From positions 352,001 to 416,000 of the forward strand of contig CAVXGR010000011.1 in NCBI GenBank assembly GCA_963761335.1: a stretch of DNA of 64,000 nucleotides, in the 5' to 3' direction. Source of the stretch: an uncultured delta proteobacterium (GTDB lineage Bacteria; Desulfobacterota; Binatia; HRBIN30; BPIQ01). Made by a program: the position numbers and the translations under genes. Positions 30,661 through 40,137 of the stretch are shown here, piece by piece. Each line of letters opens with the position of its first letter. Position 1 is the first letter of the stretch. The notes beneath the pieces were generated by a model. The model was given only the letters and a program-made list of their open reading frames with translations. It was not told where the DNA came from and searched no databases.

Positions 30661-31779
30661 CTACAGGGCTTCGAGCATGCGTTGCTGGATGGCCTCGATC
30701 TCGTCCTTCACCGCCTGCACCGTGTCTACGGGCCGGCCGACGGCGCGCGCCTCTTCGAGGATGCTGTTCACGTCGTTGAGGATCCGCCGGATCTTGGTGT
30801 GCGCCTCGACGACGGCGCGGCCGCGCAGCTCGCTGTTCTCCCACTGGCGATGGGCGTAGTCGCGCAGCTCCTGCGTCTGGTAGAGCAGCTCCTTGACCCG
30901 ATCCTCGTAGCCGCGCAGGAGGTGATGGATGGCGGCGCGCACCTCCGGCCTCTCTCCCGGCTCCCGCCAGAGGACGTGCTCGAGGAGGAAGAGGTCGTTC
31001 TCCTCCACCTGGCGGCGGCCGTTGAGCAGGGCATAGGCCTGCACCAGCGGCAGCGCCTGGCGATAGCGCCGGTCGGAGGCGACGATCTGCTTGCGGCGCA
31101 GCTCCTGGCGCAGGTCGGCGATCGAGCGGTAGATGTGCGCCGGAATCTGCACCGACGCGGCCTCGGCCTGCAGCTCCTCGAGATCGGCGACCGACAGCGT
31201 GGTGCGCGCCGCGACCGCCTTCGACTCGAGCATCTTGAGGAAGCGGAAATCCTCGTTGATGTAGCCGACGACGTAGCGCACCAGGAAGCGATCGTAGAGG
31301 GCCTGCAGCTCGTCCTCCTCGGGAAGCTCGTTGGTGGCGCCGAAGAGGGTGATCAGCGGCACGCGCTCCACCTCGCGGCCGTTGTGAAAGCGCCGCTCGT
31401 TCATCACCGTCAGGGTCGCGTTCAGAATCGACGAGCTCGCCTTGAAGACCTCGTCGAGGAAGGCGATGTGCGCCTCGGGAAGCTTGTGCGTGGTCACCCG
31501 CCGGTAGTCGTCGCGCTCGAGCGCCGCCAGGCTCACGGCGCCGAAGAGCTCCTCGGGCGTGGTGAACTTGGTGAGCAGCCACTGAAAATAGGAGGCGCCC
31601 GCCAGCCGCCGGCAGAGCTCGTCGGCGAGCATCGACTTCGCCGTGCCCGGCGGGCCGATGATGAGCACGTGCTGGCCGGCAAGCAGCGCCGCCAGCGAGG
31701 CGTCGATCAGATCACTCCGCTCCAGAAAGATGGCCCCGAGCTCCTCGCGGATGCGGCTCAGGGCGCGGAGAGAACTCAT
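30661..31779 (-). CDS. MoxR-family AAA+ ATPase, RavA-like
   Basis: GPPGTAKS, LLTKFTTPEELFG, FLDEVFKASSSILN, ATNELP, ALYDRF, SDRR. Confidence 0.9.
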   Translation of the reverse strand: MSSLRALSRIREELGAIFLERSDLIDASLAALLAGQHVLIIGPPGTAKSMLADELCRRLAGASYFQWLLTKFTTPEELFGAVSLAALERDDYRRVTTHKLPEAHIAFLDEVFKASSSILNATLTVMNERRFHNGREVERVPLITLFGATNELPEEDELQALYDRFLVRYVVGYINEDFRFLKMLESKAVAARTTLSVADLEELQAEAASVQIPAHIYRSIADLRQELRRKQIVASDRRYRQALPLVQAYALLNGRRQVEENDLFLLEHVLWREPGERPEVRAAIHHLLRGYEDRVKELLYQTQELRDYAHRQWENSELRGRAVVEAHTKIRRILNDVNSILEEARAVGRPVDTVQAVKDEIEAIQQRMLEAL

Positions 31780-31885
31780 GCGCCCGATGCTACGGTTCCG
31801 GCCGCGCAGATTCAAGGAGGAGCGGCACCGCGGCGCAGAACACACTTGACAGTGGCGCGCACCCGTCGGTAAAGGACGGCTCAAG

Positions 31886-32305
31886 GTGGGCAAGCACAAC
31901 AAACCGCAGAAAGAGCAGTCCTCCAGCCCTGTCCTCCGTTTCTCCGAAGACCACTTGTGGGTTCGCGTCGACGGCGAGCGGGCCTACGTCGGGATGTCCG
32001 AGTACGGCCAGAAGGATCTGGGCGAGATCATCGCCGCGGAGCTGCCAGACGTCGGCGAGGCCATCGAGATCGGCGAGCCATTCGGCGAGCTCGAGTCGCG
32101 GCGGACGGTGCAGGAGCTGATCGCGCCGGTATCGGGAACGGTGACGGCGGTGAACACCGAGATCGAGGGAAACCCCGGCCTCATCAACGAAGACCCGCAC
32201 TTCGACGGCTGGCTGATCGAGATCGAGCTCTCCGGCGAAGGCGAGCTCGAAGACCTCATGGGCGCCGACGAGTACGACGAGTTCGTCGAAGAAGAAAGCG
32301 AATAG
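31886..32305 (+). CDS. gcvH: Glycine cleavage H-like protein (lipoyl Lys replaced by Arg)
   Basis: [50 protein letters not shown] in place of ESVKA. Confidence 0.85.
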   Translation: MGKHNKPQKEQSSSPVLRFSEDHLWVRVDGERAYVGMSEYGQKDLGEIIAAELPDVGEAIEIGEPFGELESRRTVQELIAPVSGTVTAVNTEIEGNPGLINEDPHFDGWLIEIELSGEGELEDLMGADEYDEFVEEESE

Positions 32306-33036
32306 TGAACCTTCTTCGCCGGTACGGCCTCGGCTGGGTGGTGCTGACGGCCGTCGCCGCCGGCTGCGCCGCGCACTCCGGACGCGAGCTCAGCGCGTCG
32401 GACTTCGCAAACGCCCGCAAGCAGATGGTCGAGCGCGATCTGCGCGGCCGCGGCCTCCGCGACGAGCGCCTGCTCGACGCCATGGGTCGCGTGCCGCGCG
32501 AGCTCTTCGTGCCGCCGCGACTCCGCGCCCGCGCCTACGACGACAGCCCGCTGCCGATCGACCGCGAGCAGACGATCTCGCAGCCCTTCATCGTGGCGCT
32601 GATGACCGAGGTCCTGAAGCTGCCGCCGCACGCGCGCGTTCTCGAGGTGGGCACCGGCTCCGGATACCAGGCGGCGGTTCTGGCCGAGATGGGGGCGGAG
32701 GTCTACTCCATCGAGATCATCCCCGAGCTCGCCGAGCAGGCGCGCCAGCGGCTGGCGGCGCTCGGCTACGACAAGGTGCACGTGCGCGCCGGCGACGGCT
32801 ACCACGGCTGGCCCGAGGAAGCGCCCTTCGACGCCGTCATCATCACTGCCGCCATTCCGGTGGTGCCGCTGCAGCTGGTGCGGCAGCTGAAGGAGGGCGG
32901 CGTCATGGTGTTCCCCCAGGGCTCGGGCCCCGAGCAGGACCTCATCCGCGGGCGCAAGGGCCCGGTGGGGTTGCGCATGGAGTCGCTCGGCGCCGTGCGC
33001 TTCGTGCCAATGACCGGGGCGGTACGGGGGCAGTGA
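32305..33036 (+). CDS. pcm: Protein-L-isoaspartate O-methyltransferase
   Basis: [46 protein letters not shown]. Confidence 0.93.
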   Translation: MNLLRRYGLGWVVLTAVAAGCAAHSGRELSASDFANARKQMVERDLRGRGLRDERLLDAMGRVPRELFVPPRLRARAYDDSPLPIDREQTISQPFIVALMTEVLKLPPHARVLEVGTGSGYQAAVLAEMGAEVYSIEIIPELAEQARQRLAALGYDKVHVRAGDGYHGWPEEAPFDAVIITAAIPVVPLQLVRQLKEGGVMVFPQGSGPEQDLIRGRKGPVGLRMESLGAVRFVPMTGAVRGQ

Positions 33037-33072
33037 GGCTCTGATTAGACGAGGCGTCTCGCCTCGTCAGGA

Positions 33073-33122
33073 GTAGAAGCGCCGTCCCGGCGCTTTCCGA
33101 AGCGGCGAGACGCCGCTTCTAC
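33073..33122 (-). repeat. Family B REP doublet, copy 2
   Basis: Reverse-orientation near-identical copy of 20440-20489. Confidence 0.88.
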
Positions 33123-33237
33123 TTGGCCCGCGGGCCGGCGAAATCGTTTTGCCCGGGCCTTGAGACGGCCTCTTGCACCCGGGGCTACATGCCCCTGCCC
33201 CTGCCCGTCCTTGGATCGGGGATGAAACGGCGGAGAT

Positions 33238-35019
<1,782 letters not shown>

Positions 35020-35020
35020 A

Positions 35021-35617
35021 ATGGGAATCGGAACCATCATCCTGATCGTGCTCGCGCTGGTCGCCGTGTGGGCGATCTTCACCTACAACGGCCTGGTGAC
35101 GCTCCGCAATCGCGTCGCCAACGCCTGGCGCCAGATCGACGTGCAGCTCAAGCGCCGGCACGATCTGATCCCCAACCTGGTGGAGACGGTCAAGGGCGCC
35201 ATGGAGTTCGAGCGCGACACCCTCGAGCGCGTGATGGCGGCGCGGGCGCGCGCCATGACGGCTCGCGGCCCCGCGGAGAGCGCCGAGACGGAAAACGCCC
35301 TGACGCAGAGCCTCGGACGCCTGTTCGCGGTGATGGAAAACTATCCCGTTCTCCAGTCCAACCAGAACGCCCTGCAGCTGCAGGAGGAGATCACCACGAC
35401 GGAGAACCAGATCAGCTTCGCGCGGCAGTACTACAACGACTCGGTGACCATCTACAACACGCGCCAGCAGGTGTTCCCGGCGAACCTGATTGCTGGCGCC
35501 TTCGCCTTCCAGCCGAGCGAGCTGTTCAACGCCACCGCCGAGGATCGCGAGACGCCAAAGGTGGACCTGACCCTGCACGACGGCTCGCACAGCGGCGCGC
35601 CGGCGCGAGCCAGCTGA
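35021..35617 (+). CDS. lemA: LemA family protein
   Basis: N-terminal TM, YNGLV, IDVQLKRRHDLIPNLVETVKG, ENYP.L, RQYYND. Confidence 0.95.
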   Translation: MGIGTIILIVLALVAVWAIFTYNGLVTLRNRVANAWRQIDVQLKRRHDLIPNLVETVKGAMEFERDTLERVMAARARAMTARGPAESAETENALTQSLGRLFAVMENYPVLQSNQNALQLQEEITTTENQISFARQYYNDSVTIYNTRQQVFPANLIAGAFAFQPSELFNATAEDRETPKVDLTLHDGSHSGAPARAS

Positions 35618-35639
35618 GCGCCCGCCGGAGGCCAGATCT

Positions 35640-36659
35640 GTGTCGGTCGCCGGACTGCAGGCGGCGGGCGCTGTCGGACGAGAGCCGCGCGCCCGATCGC
35701 TGATCTCCGCTCCGCCGGTCACCTTCGACGAACGGCAGTCGGAGAATCGCCGCCGCACCGCGTTCTTCCTCTTCCTCTTCCTCCTCCTCTTCGTCGCCTT
35801 GGGCTTCGGCCTCGACGTCGCCACGCGCGGCTTCCTGCAGCCGGACGGGGCTCAGTATCCGCTGATCACCGCCAGCGCCTTCGCGGGATCGCTGTCGCTC
35901 AGCCTGCTCTCCTACTACTGGGGGCCGAGCCTGGTTCTGGCGTCGCTGCAGGCGCAGCCGCTGACGCCATCCAACCCGGAGTACGCCCAGCTCGACAACA
36001 TCGTCACCGAGATGGCCCTGGCCTCGGGCATGCCGCGACCGGCGCTCTACGTCATCCCCGATCCATCGCCCAACGCTCTCGCCACCGGGCGCGACCCGCA
36101 GCACGCGGCGCTGTGCGTCACCCGGGGCGCTCTGCTGCTTCTCGACCGCGAGGAGACCCAGGGCGTGGTGGCGCACGAGATGGCGCACATCGCCAACCGC
36201 GACACGCTGACGATGACCGTGGTCGGCGTCCTGCTCGGCGCCGTGGCGATGATGGCCGACTGGTCGCGGCGCACCCTGTACTACTCCCGCAGCCGCCGCG
36301 GGCGATCCAGCGGCGTGCTGCTGCCGCTGGTGTTTCTGCTGGCGGCGTTGGCGCCGCTGCTCTCGCGGCTGCTCGCCATGGCCGTATCGCGCCAGCGCGA
36401 GTATCTCGCCGACGCCACCGCCGTGCAGTTCACCCGCAACCCGATGGGGCTGGTGCACGCCCTCGAGAAGATCAGCGGCTCCGTCTCGCCGCTGCGTCAC
36501 GCCAGCCGCGGGACGGCGCACCTGTTCATCAGCGACCCGCTGCACCGCAAGCTCGGCGAGCGCGAGGGCCGGCTCGCGGATCTTCTCAGCACGCATCCAC
36601 CCATCGCCCGCCGCATCGCCATCCTGCGGGCGATGGCGCACGGGGGTCTCTATGAGTGA
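35640..36659 (+). CDS. htpX: M48 zinc metalloprotease, HtpX-like
   Basis: PNALATG, HEMAH, SRQREYLAD, STHPP..RI. Confidence 0.88.
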   Translation: MSVAGLQAAGAVGREPRARSLISAPPVTFDERQSENRRRTAFFLFLFLLLFVALGFGLDVATRGFLQPDGAQYPLITASAFAGSLSLSLLSYYWGPSLVLASLQAQPLTPSNPEYAQLDNIVTEMALASGMPRPALYVIPDPSPNALATGRDPQHAALCVTRGALLLLDREETQGVVAHEMAHIANRDTLTMTVVGVLLGAVAMMADWSRRTLYYSRSRRGRSSGVLLPLVFLLAALAPLLSRLLAMAVSRQREYLADATAVQFTRNPMGLVHALEKISGSVSPLRHASRGTAHLFISDPLHRKLGEREGRLADLLSTHPPIARRIAILRAMAHGGLYE

Positions 36660-37266
36660 TGCGAGTGCGGCGACGGCTTCGGCGGCACTGCTCTGCCCGC
36701 AGTGCGGCACCGCTCTCCGCAGCGTCAAGGCGCGCGGGCGCAGCGGCTATCTCCTCGTCCTCGACCAGTGCGGCTCCTGCGGCGGCCTGTGGTGCGACAA
36801 GTGGGAGCTGTTCCCCATCGACTCCGGCGAGGTGGACCGACTCGACCCCGTCGACCACGCCGCCCTGCACGCGGCCGCCCCCGCCGCGGCCGGCATGCGC
36901 TGTCCCCGCTGCCGCATTCCGCTGCGCCGCTTTCAGGATCCGGTGCTGCCGAGCGACGTTCACCTCGATCGCTGCCCGCTGTGCGAAGGTCTCTGGCTCA
37001 ACGCCGGAGAGCTGCGCAAGTACGACGCCTACCGGCGCCGTAACCCGTCCGCCCCGAAGCCCATCTCACCGGAAACGGTGGAGGCCATCTCCACCGCCTG
37101 CCAGCACCCGATGCGCTGGAGCACGGTGCAGAACCTGAGTGCCAACACCGTCGACGGCACTTCCACTGCGGACGACGCGGAGATCCCCGAGACCGGCAAA
37201 ATACTCTGGGAGGGAGCCGCCTGGATGGCGGTGCGGGCCCTGCTCGGCCTGCTGATCCGCCTCTGA
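36652..37266 (+). CDS. Tandem zf-TFIIB zinc-ribbon protein
   Basis: CPQC...D.CGSCGGLWCDKWEL and CPRC...DRCPLCEGLWLNAGEL. Confidence 0.8.
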   Translation: MSDASAATASAALLCPQCGTALRSVKARGRSGYLLVLDQCGSCGGLWCDKWELFPIDSGEVDRLDPVDHAALHAAAPAAAGMRCPRCRIPLRRFQDPVLPSDVHLDRCPLCEGLWLNAGELRKYDAYRRRNPSAPKPISPETVEAISTACQHPMRWSTVQNLSANTVDGTSTADDAEIPETGKILWEGAAWMAVRALLGLLIRL

Positions 37267-37395
37267 CAAGCCGCATTAAAACGATCTGCTACCCAGGTGC
37301 AGGAGAGGACACAACGGCATTTTACGGCCCCGAATTTCTCTGTGGGTGCCGAGGTTCGGCCTTTAAAAAAAAGTTTCGAAATCGTGAAATCACCC

Positions 37396-37423
37396 TTGAC
37401 ACTTTGGCTGCGGTTCCTATAAT
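37396..37423 (+). promoter_or_regulatory. Consensus sigma70 promoter with AT-rich upstream tract and GC-rich discriminator
   Basis: TTGACA (37396-37401)-16 nt-TATAAT (37418-37423), then CCGCGCC; A-tract at about 37362-37376. Confidence 0.85.
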
Positions 37424-37527
37424 CCGCGCCTATGTGGGGTGGTGGTGGATTGAGGAGGAAGTGCCTGGAACGAAGGGATTTGTGGGGTAGTTGTGTTGCG
37501 GTCGTAACAGCAGCAAGGAGGTAGCCT

Positions 37528-37632
37528 ATGGCTGTCAAGAAAGCGAAAGCCGGAGCGAAGAAGAAAGCAGTCGCAAAGAAGAAGGCCCCGGCCAAGAAGA
37601 AAACCACTACGGCAAAGAAGAAGAAGAAGTAG
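37528..37632 (+). CDS. 34-aa lysine-rich, histone H1-like microprotein (absent from the ORF track)
   Basis: AAGGAGGT RBS; MAVKKAKAGAKKKAVAKKKAPAKKKTTTAKKKKK*; own promoter and terminators. Confidence 0.8.
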   Translation: MAVKKAKAGAKKKAVAKKKAPAKKKTTTAKKKKK

Positions 37633-37646
37633 CTTCACCCTGTCAG

Positions 37647-37674
37647 TGGCCTGATTCACAGGCCAAGTTTTTTT
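37647..37674 (+). terminator. Putative intrinsic terminator 1
   Basis: TGGCCTG-ATTCA-CAGGCCA, then AG and T7. Confidence 0.6.
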
Positions 37675-37711
37675 CCCTTCGACCAGGCAGAGCCCTCGGG
37701 CTCGAAGGAAG

Positions 37712-37748
37712 AAGCCCTTCGGTGGAATCACCGAAGGGCTTTTTCTTT
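37712..37748 (+). terminator. Intrinsic terminator 2
   Basis: 13-bp stem AAGCCCTTCGGTG-GAAT-CACCGAAGGGCTT, then TTTCTTT. Confidence 0.85.
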
Positions 37749-37763
37749 GGTATGGAGGAATTG

Positions 37764-38525
37764 ATGGAGCTCAGACTCGGCGAGTTCGGCGTCACCGCAA
37801 CCGCGGCGGAGCGTCCCAAGTACGACGCGCCGCTGCTCTTCGTGCACGGCCTGTGGACGGGCATCTGGATCTGGCGCAACTTCGCCACGCACCTCGCCCA
37901 TCGCGGCTGGTCGTCGTATCAGGTGGTGTTGCGCAGCAGCGCGGAGGCGCCGGGGGCGGATCTCACCGTCTCGCTGCAGCGCGTCGTCGATCGCCTCGAT
38001 TCGCCGCCGATCGTCATCGGTCACGGCGCCGGTGGCCTGCTGGCGATGCGGCTCGGCGGCCTTCGCGCCGCCGTCGGGCTGACGCCGCTTCTGCCGGAGA
38101 ATCTGCATCGCGACCCGGTGCTCGCCAGCGTACGCGCCCGCCTCTGGCGCGGCCTGCGCCGGCCGTTCCGTCCCTCGCGGCGACAGGCAGCGCGCTTTCT
38201 CGGCGTACGCGCCGAGGTACTGGTGGCCGAGCCGCCGCCGTGGATCGACTCCTTTCGGCGCGGCGCGCCGCTGTCGAACGGATCGCTGCCCTCCTTCCCG
38301 CGCCTGCTGATGGCGGGGGCCGAGGACCGCCGCAGCCCGCCGGCCGCGGTGGCGCAGCTGGCGGCGCGGCTGAGCGCCGACTTCCACACCTGCGCCGGCG
38401 CCGATCACGCCCTGCCGTTCGGCGCCACCTGGGAGCGCGCCGTCGGCGAGGTCCACCGCTGGGCCATCAAGCGGCTCGGAGAGCCGTTGCTCCTCTTGCG
38501 GGGTGACGAAGACCTGCGCGAGTGA
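37764..38525 (+). CDS. Alpha/beta hydrolase-fold protein lacking the nucleophile Ser
   Basis: PLLFVHG, IVIGHGAGG (G in place of S), AGAED, DH; GGAGG RBS. Confidence 0.75.
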   Translation: MELRLGEFGVTATAAERPKYDAPLLFVHGLWTGIWIWRNFATHLAHRGWSSYQVVLRSSAEAPGADLTVSLQRVVDRLDSPPIVIGHGAGGLLAMRLGGLRAAVGLTPLLPENLHRDPVLASVRARLWRGLRRPFRPSRRQAARFLGVRAEVLVAEPPPWIDSFRRGAPLSNGSLPSFPRLLMAGAEDRRSPPAAVAQLAARLSADFHTCAGADHALPFGATWERAVGEVHRWAIKRLGEPLLLLRGDEDLRE

Positions 38526-38727
38526 GTGGCGCGTCGCGGAGCCTCTCCAACAACCCTGGCGTCGACTCAGATCGCCCCGTAGGGGCGCAGGCTGCACCTG
38601 AAGTGCCGCGACTGCGGTACCCGGCGTGCATTGACCCCAGGCGTGCCGGCGCCGACGATGGTACGCACCGGGGCACAGGCGTTGCACAGAGACCGGGCAA
38701 CGCAAAACTCACGGAGGGCGTTAGACC

Positions 38728-40011
38728 ATGCATCTGCGCGAGAAGCTCGACGACGTGTTCTTCGGTGTGGAGATGGGAGTGCGCGCCGCGGCGGAGTGGA
38801 TGACCACCGGCGCGGTGTTCAACCCGCTGCGCGCTGAGCTGCGCCACGACCCCTATCCCTTCTACCACTGGCTGCGCGAAAAGGATCCCGTCCACCGCAG
38901 CTACCCCGCGGGCGGCTGGGTCCTGTCGCGCTACGACGACATCTTTGCGGTGCTCTCCGATCGCGCCTTCTCGGCCGACGAGCGCAACTGGCAGCGCTAT
39001 CGCCGCGAGAGCGCCCGCAACGCCCGCGCCGGCTTTCCCGATCCGTACGAGACCGGCATCGTCTCCATGCTGCGCACCGACCCGCCGGACCACACGCGCC
39101 TGCGCACCCTGGTCTCCAAGGCGTTCACACCGCGCGCCGTCGAGCACATGCGCCCGCGCCTCGAGGCGGTGGTGGCGGAGCTGCTCGACGGCATCGAGGC
39201 GCGCCGCGAGTTCGATCTGATGGGCGATTTCGCCTCGCCTCTGCCGGTGTCGATCATCGCCGAGATGCTCGGTGTCGCCGTCGAGGACCGCGACCGCTTC
39301 CGCCACTGGTCGAACGAGGTGATCCGCGTCCTCGGCGACGGCACCAACGAGGATCGCCGCCGCGGTTGGAAGGCCATGCAGGAGATGCGCGACTGGCTGG
39401 CGCTGCAGATCGAGACGCGCCGGCAGGCGCCGCGCGACGATCTTCTCTCCGCCCTGGTCGCCGCCGAGGAAGCCGGCGAGCACTTGAGCACCACCGAGCT
39501 GTTCGCCACCTGCCTGCTTCTCCTGGTCGCCGGCAACGAGACCACCACCAACCTGATCGGCAACGGCATCATCGCCCTGCTGCGCAACCCCGAGCAGCTC
39601 GACATCCTCCGCCGCCAGCCGGAACGGCTCCCCGCCGCCATCGAGGAGCTGCTGCGCTACGACAGCCCGGTGCAGCTGACCTCGCGCATGGCACTCGAGA
39701 ACCGTTCCTTCCAGGGCCGCGCGCTGCGCCGGGGACAGCAGATCGTGCTCCTCATCGGCGCCGGCAACCGCGACCCGCAGCGCTTCGAGAATCCCGATCA
39801 GCTCGACGTGCGCCGCGAGGACGTCCGCCCGCTCTCCTTCGGCCACGGCATCCATTACTGCCTCGGCGCCCAGCTGGCGCGCCTGGAGACACAGATCGCC
39901 CTCGAGGCACTGCTGCCGCGCTTCCCCGACCTGCGCTTCGGCAACGGCGACCTCCTGTGGAGCGACAACACCGTCCTGCGCGGTCCGCGCCGCCTGTCGC
40001 TGGCGGCGTAG
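38728..40011 (+). CDS. Cytochrome P450
   Basis: DPPDHTRLR, AGNETT, EELLR, NRDP..F, FGHGIHYCLG. Confidence 0.96.
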   Translation: MHLREKLDDVFFGVEMGVRAAAEWMTTGAVFNPLRAELRHDPYPFYHWLREKDPVHRSYPAGGWVLSRYDDIFAVLSDRAFSADERNWQRYRRESARNARAGFPDPYETGIVSMLRTDPPDHTRLRTLVSKAFTPRAVEHMRPRLEAVVAELLDGIEARREFDLMGDFASPLPVSIIAEMLGVAVEDRDRFRHWSNEVIRVLGDGTNEDRRRGWKAMQEMRDWLALQIETRRQAPRDDLLSALVAAEEAGEHLSTTELFATCLLLLVAGNETTTNLIGNGIIALLRNPEQLDILRRQPERLPAAIEELLRYDSPVQLTSRMALENRSFQGRALRRGQQIVLLIGAGNRDPQRFENPDQLDVRREDVRPLSFGHGIHYCLGAQLARLETQIALEALLPRFPDLRFGNGDLLWSDNTVLRGPRRLSLAA

Positions 40012-40058
40012 AAGCGGCGTCTCGCCGCTTCCCGGAAGCGCCGAGACGGCGCTTCTGC
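40008..40058 (+). repeat. Family B REP doublet, copy 3 (supplies the P450 stop codon)
   Basis: GTAGAAGCGGCGTCTCGCCGCTTCCCGGAAGCGCCGAGACGGCGCTTCTGC. Confidence 0.85.
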
Positions 40059-40137
40059 TCGTCGACGCCCTTTCCCGCGTTTCCTTTCCGTCGGTCAACG
40101 AGGCGTGTATGTGCACTCGAATCGGGACCGCAGCACG

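Noticed and set aside
37491..37763. 91-aa N-terminal extension of the alpha/beta hydrolase in the ORF track
   Set aside because: It crosses the Lys micro-ORF in another frame and two terminators; a GGAGG RBS supports the start at 37764
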